DNA from: Azolla caroliniana
Taxonomy: Eukaryota > Plantae > Polypodiophyta
DNA: 64,000 bases
NCBI GenBank assembly: GCA_043228905.1
Contig: JBHGNT010000012.1
Coordinates: 15,500,001-15,564,000 of the forward strand
Direction of reading: 5' to 3'
This document shows positions 50,109 through 61,560 of this stretch, piece after piece; position 1 is the stretch's first letter; the number at the start of each line of letters is the position of its first letter. A program made the translations under genes and the position numbers. The notes beneath the pieces were generated by a model, which was not told the origin of the DNA, did not search any database, and worked only from the letters and a program-made list of their open reading frames with translations.

Positions 50109-52307
50109 ATGGCGTCCTCAAGCAACCAAGTAGGAGAGCTCGAAAGGATGATGTTAATCGTCAAGCAAATGATGAGATCTCGGGACAACGACGCGAGCGT
50201 GGAGAAGGCTGTCGATCGTGTCGTAGAGCTCGAGGGCCAATTCGATGGAAGGAACGTTACGAAGTTCCTTGATGCATATAGAAGGGAGATGAATCAGAGG
50301 GGCGTGTCCAAGGCACGTCAAATCGCAAGCTTCAAGAGAGTTGTCGCCAACAAGATCCAAAGACGCGTCATCGAGCTTCAAGAAGGTAAGACAACATGGT
50401 CCGAGTTCGAGAAAACGATACTAGCGGAGTTCGTGACTGAAGACTCAACGAGGATGACTCGACATGCCCTAATGAAGTGGATAGAGAAGAAGAATAAGAA
50501 GATGAGCGTCTCGAGGGTGTACGACGAATTCGACCAGATGTTTAGTCGTCTCCCCAATACGGACCAAGTGTTGCTTGAAGAGGACAAGACTTTGTACTTC
50601 TTGAAGGCCGTGGACATAAAGGATAGACGGGAGTTGGGGACTCTTCTCGAAGATGATACCCAAGCAAATGGGCTCGTAGCGGACTGGATCGCGGTGAAGC
50701 GGGCATGCAATAGGCTCGACAAGCGTCGCCAATGGGTTGATGACACCGACTTGACGGGACCGACTACCACGGAGAAAGCAAGACCGCCGAAAGTAGCTGA
50801 GTTGCTAAGACAAAGTAACGTGGAAGAAAAGAAGATTGATGACGACATCATTGAAGAGCTAGCGAAGAAGTTCGAGAAGGTCACGCTAGCCAACATGAAT
50901 CGTCGGGGCCCTAAAGGAAAAGAACCCTTTAGATGCATGTGGTGCGATAGCATGGACCGCATGAGAAGGGATTGTGCGAGCCTTCGAGAGGCGATTCTAC
51001 GAAATATCGTATACATAGAGGACAACATGGTCTGCTCAAGCGAGACTAGAAGACCCCTACGGGTGAATTTCGGAAGAGGAGGAATGAAGAAATCTATGGA
51101 GGATGCCGATGCGACTCATGTGGATGCGATGCACTATGCTGCGTCGGCTAGAATAAGAGTCGGGAAAGACAAGACTGAAGCTGCTAGAGCGGGAGCAAAG
51201 TTTTGGACTTCCGTTCTCGAATATGAGAAGAAGGGAAAAGTCACATCGAACGAGGTAGAGCTTGCGGACCGAAACGTGCAAACCATAACCGGGTGGTCGG
51301 ATCTGGTGGACGACAACACCATACTCGCAGAGGTGATGTGCGACAACCACGAGGTGTTCGTCGAAGAAAAGAGAAAGAGAATAGAAGAGCAAGGCCCATC
51401 AAAAAGACATGAAACAAGGAACGCGAAAAAGAAGGACGATGCGGAGACGAGTCGACCTTTACAAATGGAGGAACGAGAATCAAGCCGAAAAGGGGAGCCG
51501 AGCATAAGAGTTGAAGAAATGGTTCAGCCCGTGAAGGTTGGTGTCGAAGACCCCGCTCGGAGGACAAGGACTATACCTACCTATAAGCTAAGGTCGGACA
51601 TAGAGCAGACGACGGACCTAAAGAAGATTCTCGAAGAACGAGTTCTTGATAGCCACGTAACTTTGTCCTTGAGGGAATTGCTTGGCATTACGAAGAAGGA
51701 GTTCCATGACACGATCGTGGACCTTGTAAAGAGAAAGAGACAACAATCGGACGAGGAAGAAGAGAAGCCGCAAAAAGCAAAAACGAACGCCATAACGATG
51801 GCAAGAGACGAAGTCGATGAAGATATGGTGGACAGCCACTATACTCGACCTCATTGGGCACGAGCGACAATGGAGACGCCGGTGAAGATCGGGGAGAAGA
51901 AAGAGACCGTGGTAGCCTTGATCGACCACGGCTCGGAGATCAACCTCATGTCAACCGACTTCTACAAAAAAGGAAGATGGCCAATTAATACAAACCACAG
52001 ATGGAAGATTCGCGCGGCAACAAAGTCTACGGAGGACTTGTACGGAGCTTGTCTCAATATCAAAGTCACGATCGGGGATGTGGAGATGGAACAACACTTC
52101 TTCGTACAAGAATCGGCGTCACATCCTGTCATCCTAGGGCAACCTTATATCACATCATCTCGGATGGAGACCAAAGTATTCGATAATGGAGCAGCCTTCA
52201 CACGAATAAAGAGTCTTGAAAACCAAAGATCGGTCCAATTCCTAACGGTGCGAGCCAATCATGAAAGGAATCGAGATAGTCTCGGAGGCGAATCCTCGGA
52301 TTTTTAG
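50109..52307 (+). CDS. Gag plus aspartic protease (~732 aa)
   Basis: Open ORF; FDGRNVTKFLD, knuckle-like CMWCDSMDRMRRDC, protease ALIDHGSEINLM...VILGQPY. Confidence 0.88.
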   Translation: MASSSNQVGELERMMLIVKQMMRSRDNDASVEKAVDRVVELEGQFDGRNVTKFLDAYRREMNQRGVSKARQIASFKRVVANKIQRRVIELQEGKTTWSEFEKTILAEFVTEDSTRMTRHALMKWIEKKNKKMSVSRVYDEFDQMFSRLPNTDQVLLEEDKTLYFLKAVDIKDRRELGTLLEDDTQANGLVADWIAVKRACNRLDKRRQWVDDTDLTGPTTTEKARPPKVAELLRQSNVEEKKIDDDIIEELAKKFEKVTLANMNRRGPKGKEPFRCMWCDSMDRMRRDCASLREAILRNIVYIEDNMVCSSETRRPLRVNFGRGGMKKSMEDADATHVDAMHYAASARIRVGKDKTEAARAGAKFWTSVLEYEKKGKVTSNEVELADRNVQTITGWSDLVDDNTILAEVMCDNHEVFVEEKRKRIEEQGPSKRHETRNAKKKDDAETSRPLQMEERESSRKGEPSIRVEEMVQPVKVGVEDPARRTRTIPTYKLRSDIEQTTDLKKILEERVLDSHVTLSLRELLGITKKEFHDTIVDLVKRKRQQSDEEEEKPQKAKTNAITMARDEVDEDMVDSHYTRPHWARATMETPVKIGEKKETVVALIDHGSEINLMSTDFYKKGRWPINTNHRWKIRAATKSTEDLYGACLNIKVTIGDVEMEQHFFVQESASHPVILGQPYITSSRMETKVFDNGAAFTRIKSLENQRSVQFLTVRANHERNRDSLGGESSDF

Positions 52308-52360
52308 AGCGGACTATTGAAGCATGGGGCACAAATAGTCCGAGCAATCACAAGACCCCA
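52298..52360 (+). promoter_or_regulatory. Putative -1 ribosomal frameshift signal (G_GAU_UUU plus pseudoknot)
   Basis: Heptamer 52298-52304 just before the TAG; -1 frame open into pol; stems CGGACTATT/AATAGTCCG and TGGGG/CCCCA. Confidence 0.75.
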
Positions 52361-55300
52361 CAAGAAAGAAAAGTGCGTGGATTGCAAGGAGAAGCAACAT
52401 GTGTCACACCTAGTGGCGCATGTAAACTAGTACTACCCGACAAGAAGCACAAGCACCGGATACATAAATTCGAGAAGATGCTGAAAGAAGAGAACATAAT
52501 AGAAGAAGGGGAGTTCGTGACTCATATTATGGAAGAAGCCTCATTTAACGACACCATCGGCGAAATCGAGGACGTCGTGGACTTGAGCTATCTTCACAAC
52601 CAATGCGTGATTTCGGTTAACTCCGTCAACATGTACGCTATCATCGATGAATACCGTCGTGGCATCTCGATGAAGGAAGCTGACATCAACACGAAATATA
52701 AAACGGTGGATAAGAAGATCGAGCCAGTTGCGGTTCCGCTACCGGAAGATAGCTGGCAAAAGATGAAGGAAGTCGCTAACGATCCAAGCTTAAGAGATCC
52801 GAAGAAAATAGGTCATGTCTTCACCAAAGAGACGAAGGGGAAGCTACGAGTTGGAAAGGAGAATTTCCTTCTCCCTGAAGAGGACCGAATGTTTCGCGAT
52901 ATGCTTGAGAGACATGGGAAGGCTTTCTCATTCTTCCCACGAGAAATCGGATGCGCCGACCCAAAGGTTATAGAGCCGATGGTGATCTTCACGGTGCCTC
53001 ATGTGCCTTGGAACTTGAAACCGATACCGGTTCCGAAAGCACACCTTCCGAAGCTGATCGAGCTCTTAAAGGAGAAGGTGAGTATGGGAATTCTAGAACC
53101 GTCGAATGCTCCTTATTCCAATAGGTGGTTCACGGTGCCAAAGAAGAATGGATCATTGCGATTCATCCAAGATCTTCAACCCGTCAACAAGGTGACAATT
53201 CGAAATGCCGGAATCGGTTCGAGCGTGGACGACTTTGCCGAAGCGTTTGCGGGCCGGTCCATCTACTCCATTGGCGATCTCTACTCCGGATATGACCAAT
53301 TCCAATTGGCGATTGACAGTCGGGACATTACAACCATGAGGACTCTGATTGGGCTTGTGCGGATGTGTACCTTACCCCAAGGCGCAACAAACTCGGTGGC
53401 TCATATGGTGAATGCCATGAATAAAGTCTTGAAGGATTGCATTCCGGACTTCACGATGCCATTCTTGGATGATATTCCGATAAAAGGATGTTCGGATGAG
53501 GAGAAAGATGAATCGAAAGATAAGGAAGGTTGTAGAAAGTTTGTTGCGGATCATATGAAAGATTGCGAGAAGGTGCTTCAAAGGCTCGAAGATGCGAATT
53601 TGACATTTTCGGGAGAAAAATCCGCATTCGGGCAACCGGAGATCTTGGTGGTAGGTCACTTGTGTGGAGCATACGGCCGGAAGCCCTCGCCATCCAAAGT
53701 GAACGCAATCCAAGACATGAAAGAAGAATGCGAAAACCAAACGGAGGTTCGAAGGTTCCTTGGAGCGTGCGCGTTTTATCATATATGGATTCCTCACTAC
53801 GCTCATGTCGCCGAACCGTTATATGGACTACTAAAGAAAAGAATAAAGTTTGAATGGCGAAACGAGCACACAGAGGCGATGCGAAGATTAAAGAAACTGC
53901 TTCTTGAAGCTCTGGCACTAATGAAGGCCGACTATGCCGAAGGGAAACCAATTTACGTGACCGTAGATACGAGCCCAACCGGAATCGGTTGGGTCATCAA
54001 TCAAGAAGGTGAAGATAATGCGCGATATGCCGTCCGGTTCGGAGCAAAGGTTCTCAGCGAACGGCAACAAAGATATGCCCAAGTCAAGCGGGAACTTTGG
54101 GGTATTGTGTCGGCAGTGAAGACGGACAAAGATTACCTGATCGGGTCAAAAGTGATAATAGAGACAAATTGTCTCCCAATTCTCGGAATGGTCTCGGGAT
54201 GTGCGACCCCAGATCTTGCTATGCTAAGGTGGATCGCCTACATCAAGTCTTTAAACCCAGAGATCCGTCACATCGCGGGGAAGAAGAACGCCATGGCTGA
54301 CATGCTATCGAGGGCAAGATTTTCAAATGGAAGTAACATGGTTTCGGAAGATGAAGATGTCGCCCTCGACTTCTTCAAGATGGCTCGATTGTCGGCGGAA
54401 GACCAGGACACGCAAACCCTCCACGCCTTCAACGAGAACGAGTACGAAGGAGAATGGTTACTCATCGGTAGATTCCTAAGAACATTGACGATAGATGCTT
54501 CGTTGACAAAGGAGGAGGCCCTACGAATCCGAAAGAAAGCTTACCGATAGTTCTTGAAGGGAGGATTCCTTTGGCGACATCCAAAAAGAAGGACAGGAAT
54601 ACCACGTCGAGTGGTGGTAAAGAAAGAAGAGCAAGAGACGCTGATGACCGAATTCCACGAGAGTGCTTGGGCAGGTCATAGAGGAACATGGGCGACGTTC
54701 GAAAAATTGAAGGAGAAGTATTGGTGGCCAAGCATGTACAAAGATGTACTCCATTTCGTGTCCACATGTGAAACTTGCCAAATATATTCAAATATATGTC
54801 ATCGTGATGAGTTAAAGCTGACATACCCACTCACCATTCACTTCAAATGGATGGTGGATCTGGTCTCGATGCCAATGGGAGTGGGACAAATGAAGTACTT
54901 AGCGCTGGCAAGAGAAGACTTGACAAATCAAGTGGAAGGACGAGCCTTGACAAATAAGACGACTTCAGCCGTTTGTAAATTTTTACTTGAAGATGTTGTT
55001 TGCCGATATGGATGTGTAGGGAAGATAGTGGCCGACTGAGGGGAGTTGGACGCGCACGAAGCGACGGAGCTCTTCGAAAGACTAGGCGTGAAGCTCTCCC
55101 TCACGACTGCCTATAATCCGGAAGCAAATGGGAAGATCGAGCGAGGGCATGGACCTATCGTTAAAGCCATCGTACGGGCATGCAACGGTCGAGTCAGGAA
55201 TTGGCCACGACTATTACCCTATGCCTTGTGGACCGATAGAACGACCCATAGCTCGGTGACAGGGTATATGCCGACGGAGCTTATGTATGGACAAAAGCCG

Positions 55301-55765
55301 ATTATGCCCATCGAAAGGACGATCGCCTCATGGGTAGCGATACCGTGGGAGAACGAGATGAGCCGAGAAGAGTTATTAGCGGCGCGGATAAGGCAACTTG
55401 AAAGAAGACTTGAAGATTTAGAAAAAGCGCGAAAGATGATGAAGGCAGCCCGAGTAAAGAACAAAGTTCGGTTTGACAACACGCATCAACTTCGTCCCAA
55501 GAAGATTGAAGAAGGGGATTGGGTTTTGGTTTACGACAGCACCCTTGACAATCAACACAGTACAACAAGGAAGTTCGCAAGAAGATGGTTCGGGCCGCAT
55601 GTGGTGACAAGTGCCAACGATAATGCCACATACCACCTTGTAGAACTAGACGGATCAAGGTTGGCCGTACCCATTGCGGGAAAAAGAGTAAAGATTTTCA
55701 AGAAAAGACAAGACAAGGATCCTGACCTCGATTACCTCGACGATGAACATAATAGGCCGGATTAA
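52298..55765 (+). pseudogene. pol (RT, RNase H, integrase) with two in-frame stops (54548, 55037)
   Basis: DLYSGYDQ, LPQGATNS, FLDDI, VDTSPTGIG, H..WAGH...CETC, WMVDL, YNPEANGKIER, WFGPH. Confidence 0.92.
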
Positions 55766-57513
55766 AATGAAGACATGGAGGAATCTAATTGATCATTGTA
55801 GCCGAAATCTCACTTCTTCTCTTCTTGGCACGTACCGGAGGACGTGCGGTTTGGTGGGGGTGGATGTCGTGAAGATTTTCGGTAATAGTGTGAAAATCCC
55901 ATAAAACGTACGAAATCGAGTATGAATCACGTAGTACAATAATTGTGAAGATAACATTTAAAATAGATTTAATATCTAAGTACAAAATGATAGAGGTTTC
56001 GAATGCACTTTATTACACGAGAAACGGACAACTAAATGTCAAGATATGAGGGTATAAAGTTTGTAAAAGGAAAGGAGAAAATTGGGAGATATCCCACATA
56101 GGCACGACAAATACAGCTCTCATCATATATAAGGTAGAGCAAAAGATATTATCTTTGTGTCTATGTGTGGAGCATAGAGAGTTCAAGGTAACTTGAACTA
56201 AGAGTGTAGGTGGGCTAGCTACTCGTAAAGGGTTTTGGCCAACCAAAACCGGGGCCAACCAAAATCAGACCGGCGATGGAGACGGTGATCCGACGGCATC
56301 CGACGACGGCACCGGTAACCGACGGCATCCGGCGACTAGATAAATAAATATATAAATATATATATACATATTTACATATACAAGGAGGGCAAGTAAGGAT
56401 TCGAACCTTGCACCTCCAAGTTAGGAGTCAATTGGCTTACCATTAAGCCATGCTATTTAGTTGAAATTATATTTATATCATTGTACTTTTACATGTAAAT
56501 TCTCATACATGAGAACTAAAATGAGTGACATGGTTATCATGCACCACATGTAATACATAAGCGCCAAATGGCAAACATGCAATTTATGCATGTCTTGTAC
56601 CCTCACATGCATCATATGCATGAGAGCATCTATAAAAGAGGGATGGGGGAGGAGAAAAACCACGGTTTTTTTTTATGAAATGAAGAAGAAGAAATTCGTT
56701 ATCAAATTGATGATGTAACTTGTTTCTTAAATCCAAAGATAAAAAAAGTTCAATCGATCTTTCTCAATCGTTTAATCTCAACTTCTCTCTTTCCCAATCT
56801 ATCTTAAGTACTTTCTCGCCAAAGCTTGTATCGACTCTAAATCCTTCCGGTCCAGAACCTCGGCGGTTCCGCCTCACGATCCGCGCGTAGTGACGGATCT
56901 TCACGACACCGGTGAAGACCGGATGAGGAGTACTCCGCTACGGAGAGCCGGATGATACAGGCCCGGTATGAACCGGATGAGGAGTACCCGGCTACGGAGA
57001 GCCGGATGGTGCAGAACCGGTGAGAACCAGAGGAAGAGACATATTCATAAATATGTTTCTGAGAGCCCATCGAGGCTATATTTGTAAATAGCCGAAAAGT
57101 CATATTAGTATAAATATGACTTAGGGCAAACTTTTAGTTGAGGTTGTCGTTCTTCCTTGTTGGTGCAAGAAGAAGAGAGAGCACGTAATAGTGTAGAGAG
57201 AGAGAGAGAGAAAGAGGTCGTTGCCTCTGTTGTAACCACCGCGTGTGGTGAAGATCTGTGAGCACGAGGTCGTTGCCTCAGTGAACTCACTGTTGTACAT
57301 TCTCACATAGTGACAGTTTAAAGCCTGTGGGCTGCCGTGGTTTTTCCCTCTTTGGGTTTTCCACGTAAACCTCCTGTGTATCTTCCTCTCCTTTGTGTCG
57401 TGTTTTATTTCCCGTTTTCTGTGTATCATTCTACGCTCGGTTGTGGCCGAGCGTCGCGCATAAGGAACGTCGGGTTCCTGTCAAGTGGTATCAGAGCAAA
57501 ATCGACACAGAAA

Positions 57514-60500
57514 ATGGACGAATCATTTGGCGGCATGTTCAAGCTCACCGGCTCCAACTATTCAGTATGGAAGTCGAAGATGAGGGACATGCTCGTTGTT
57601 AAAGACCTCTGGCTGCCGGTTCAGTTCGGGGACAAGAGACCGGACAAAATCGACGCCGCGATATGGGAGGTGATGCACATGAAGACAACGACGTACATAC
57701 GGTGCTTCATCGACATGAGCCTGTACAACAACTTCAATGAAGAGAGCAAGGCTCATGAGCTATGGGAGAAGATCGGCAGAATGTTTCAAAACAAAAATGA
57801 TGTTAATCAGGTTTCGGTATTCCGGAAGCTAGTAAGACTCTGGTACCAAGATGGCTCCAGCATGGCGGAGCACATGAATGCCTTCCAGGGGCTGATACAC
57901 CAGGCAACGTCATTGGAAGTACCTCTTGCCGATGAGGTACTAGCGCTACTCCTGCTCGGTTCCCTCCTGGATAGCTGGGAGACGTTGGTTGTCACTTTGG
58001 GCAACGCCGGGCCGGAAGGAAAACGGTTATCCCTAGCAAGAGTAAAGTCGAGCTTGCTAGATGAGGAGGCGCGTCGGAAAGACAAAGATGCGAGCTCCGA
58101 CTCCAAAGCACTTCTTACCAAATCGGAACGCGGAAGACATAGAAACCGTAGTCCCCAGAACCGGGAGAAGTCGGGGACACGGTCAAAGTCAAGGGGGAGG
58201 CCTACTTGCTTCTATTGCGGCAAGACGGGACACTTCCAAAAGAACTGTCGGCATTTCCGTAAAGACAAGGAAACCGACGGTACCGATTCGAAACAAACCC
58301 CGGACCATAACGGTAAAGACCGGAAGGGGCCGAACCGGAAGGGAACGACGGCAATCGCGGCAAGTGAAGAGGAGTTGATGCTCATCACCGAGGAGAGTGA
58401 GATAAACCTTGTCGACGACGAGATGACCTGGGTGGTAGACTCCGGAGCATCGTTCCACCTTACCCCGGACCGGAAATGCTTCTCATCCTACTCAGCCGGT
58501 GATCACGGCTGTGTCCGGATGGGGAATGAAGGTACATGCTGAATTGTCGGCATAGGAGACGTGTGGCTGACAACACCAACTGGATGCAAGATGCTGCTGA
58601 AGGATGTCCGACACGTTCCGGAAGTTCGTCTGAACCTGATATCAGCCTGTCGGCTAGATGATGAAGGCTACACGGGTAGCATCCGGAATGGTGTCATGAA
58701 GTTCAGCAAAGGGAGCCTGATTGTGGCTTGGGCCCGGAAGGTAAACACATTGTACCTGATGAATGCCCGGTTATGTCTGGAAGAAGTGAACATGGCATCC
58801 GACACTGCCGGTGAGTTGTGGCACAAGAGGCTATGTCATATGAGCGAGAAGGGGATGAAGAGGCTTGCAGACGACAACCTCATTCCAGTGAAGAACATGC
58901 ACTTGGAGAAGTGCACTGATTGTCTGGCCGGTAAGCAGAACCGGACCTCCTTTCGATCAAGGCCACCGATGAGACGTAATACACCACTAGAGTTGGTGCA
59001 TACGGATGTGTGTCAAGCACACACGAAGTCACATGCCGAAGCGCAGTACTTCGTGACGTTCATAGATGACCACAGCCGGAAGTTGTGGGCCACACCGTTG
59101 AAGACAAAGGATCAGGTGTTATCCGTCTTCAAAGAGCTCCACGCGAGAGTGGAAAGAGAAACCGGCCGGAAGCTGAAGACGGTTCGAGCAGATAACGGAG
59201 GAGAGTACCGGGGGCAGTTCGAGGAGTACTGCCGCTCGAAGGGAATCCGGCTCGAATTTACCGTGCCGAAGACGCCGGAACTAAACGAACTGGCCGAGAG
59301 GATGAACCGGACCATAATGGAGAGGGTCCGGAGTATGCTAGCGCATGCAAAACTACCCAAGAAGTTTTGGGCTAAGGCACTGTCGACGGCGACATACGTG
59401 ATAAATAGATCACCCTCAGTACCCTTGGACGGAGACATGCCACAGAGAGTGTGCACCGGTAAGGAAGTATCCTACCGGCATCTAAAGGTGTTCGGGTGTC
59501 TCGCGTACGTGCATGTAGCTAAGGACCGGAGAGGAAAGCTAGATCCAAAGACCCGGCCATGCATATTCCTCGGTTACGGTGACGATGAGTTCAGCTACCG
59601 AGTGTGGGACCCGGTCGACAAGAAGGTATTCCGGAGTCGAGATATTATCTTCATGGAGGACAAGACGCTCGCCGACTGGGATTCGGAGAAGAAGATAATG
59701 AACTCCGAGTCGACTGGGAAGGATCGACTCTACGATGAGCAGACCCAACCAGCGAGAGACCGGTTAGCACTCGAGGAACCAGCCGGTTACGGTGAGGATA
59801 CCGAACCGGCAGAAGAAGAAGTAGAGGAAGCTGAGACCGGAACCGGCCAAGACCCCGAATCGGATTCGGATGAAGAGAAAATGGAGGAGCCGGTTACCAA
59901 AGCCCGAAGACGTAGATATCCTCTCAAAGAGAGAAGGGCGCCCCAGAGATTTCCGGATGCAGAGCATGTTCTGCTGACCGATGAGGGGGAGCCGGAAAGC
60001 TTCGAAGAAGCGAAGGAAGACACCCACAACCGAAAATGGTTAAGTGCCATGCAGGATGAGATGGATTCCCTGCATGAGAACCATACGTACGAATTGGTGG
60101 AGCTGCCGAAAGGAAAGCGGGTACTCCGAAACAAGTGGGTGTACAAGTTGAAACCGGGAGATGTCGGCAACCCCCCGAGATACAAAGCCAGGATCATGGT
60201 GAAGGGGTTCCAGCAGAAGAAGGGCATGGACTTCGACAAGATATTTGCCCCAGTAGTAAAGATGACCTCCATCCGGACAGTGCTGAGTATAGCAGCAAGC
60301 ATGGACCTCGAGGTAGAGCAGCTGGACGTGAAGATGGCATTCCTTCACAGCGACCTCGAAGAGGAGATCTACATGAAGCAACCAGAAGGATTTGTGGAGA
60401 AAGGGAAGGAGCACCTGGTATGCCGGTTGAAGAAGAGCCTGTACGGACTGAAGCAGGCTCCCCGGCAATGGTACCGGAAGTTCGACTCCTTCATGACCGA

Positions 60501-61560
60501 TCAAGGGTACCACAAGACGCAGGCCGATCACTGCGTGTTTGTGAAGAAGTTCGAAGGAGGGGACTTCCTGATACTCCTCCTGTACGTGGATGACATGTTG
60601 ATCGTCGGACGAGACCAAGTAAAAATACGGATGCTGAAGAAGGCTCTCAACCGGACCTTCTCAATGAAAGACTTGGGTCCGGCAAGACAGATGTTGGGGA
60701 TGCACATCATCCGGAACCGGTCAGCGAAGCAATTATGGCTGTCACAGGAGAAGTATGTGACAAAGGTGCTTCACCGGTTCAACATGTCAGAAACGAAGCC
60801 GGTCGGATCAACACTTCCGGCAAACTGCAAGCTATCCGGCAAGCAAAGCCCAAAGACGAAGGCAGAGAAGGCGGAAATGATGAAGATCCCATATGCCTTT
60901 GCCGTCGGGAGCTTGATGTACGCAATGGTGTGTACCCGACCGGATATAGGATACGCAGTCGGGGTGGTGAGCCGGTTTATGAGCAATCCCGGCAAGGAGC
61001 ACTAGAACGCGGTGAAATGGATACTCCGGTATTTGAAGGGCACTTCAAATATGTGTCTCCGATTCGGCTCCGGAAAACCTCAACTGGACGGTTTCACCGA
61101 TTCGGACATGTCAGCTGATGTGGATACCAGCCGGTCTACATCCGGGTATGTGATGACATATGCAGGGGGAGCTGTTTCGTGGCAGTCGAGGCTGCAGAAG
61201 ACGGTTGCATTGTCAACCACAGGGGCGGAGTACATGGCGGCTGTGGAAGCCGGCAAGGAAATTTAATGGATGAAGGACTTCATCGGAGAGCTTAGTATAC
61301 GGCAAGAGGAATACCGATTCTATTGCGACAGTCAAAGTGCTATCCACCTTGCTAAGAATGCGGCCTACCATTCCCAGACGAAGCATATCCAGCGGAGGTA
61401 TCACTGGATCCGAGAAAGAGTAGATGACCAGGAGTTCGCACTGACAAAGATCCACACGGCCGAGAACGGGTCAGATATGCTGACCAAAGTGCTAACACCC
61501 GACAAGCTGGATGCATGCCGAAAGAGAATCGGACTGGTAAGACACCCCATGCCGGAGTGA
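57514..61560 (+). pseudogene. Copia gag-pol with three premature stops (58540, 61003, 61264), no frameshift
   Basis: Consecutive same-frame ORFs colinear with the 5700-9773 protein. Confidence 0.93.

Larger units (their letters stand above)
49007..56908 (+). mobile_element. Full-length non-chromovirus Gypsy (Phygy-like)
   Basis: LTRs 49007-50041 and 55865-56908 with TGTCGTGAAGAT...ATCTTCACGACA termini; 4-bp TSD CCGG (49003-49006, 56909-56912); G-rich PPT; no tRNA PBS; no chromodomain. Confidence 0.95.

Noticed and set aside
54548-55039. Programmed read-through of the pol stops
   Set aside because: TAG and TGA fit C-to-T decay of CAG and CGA inside conserved domains, as seen throughout the window
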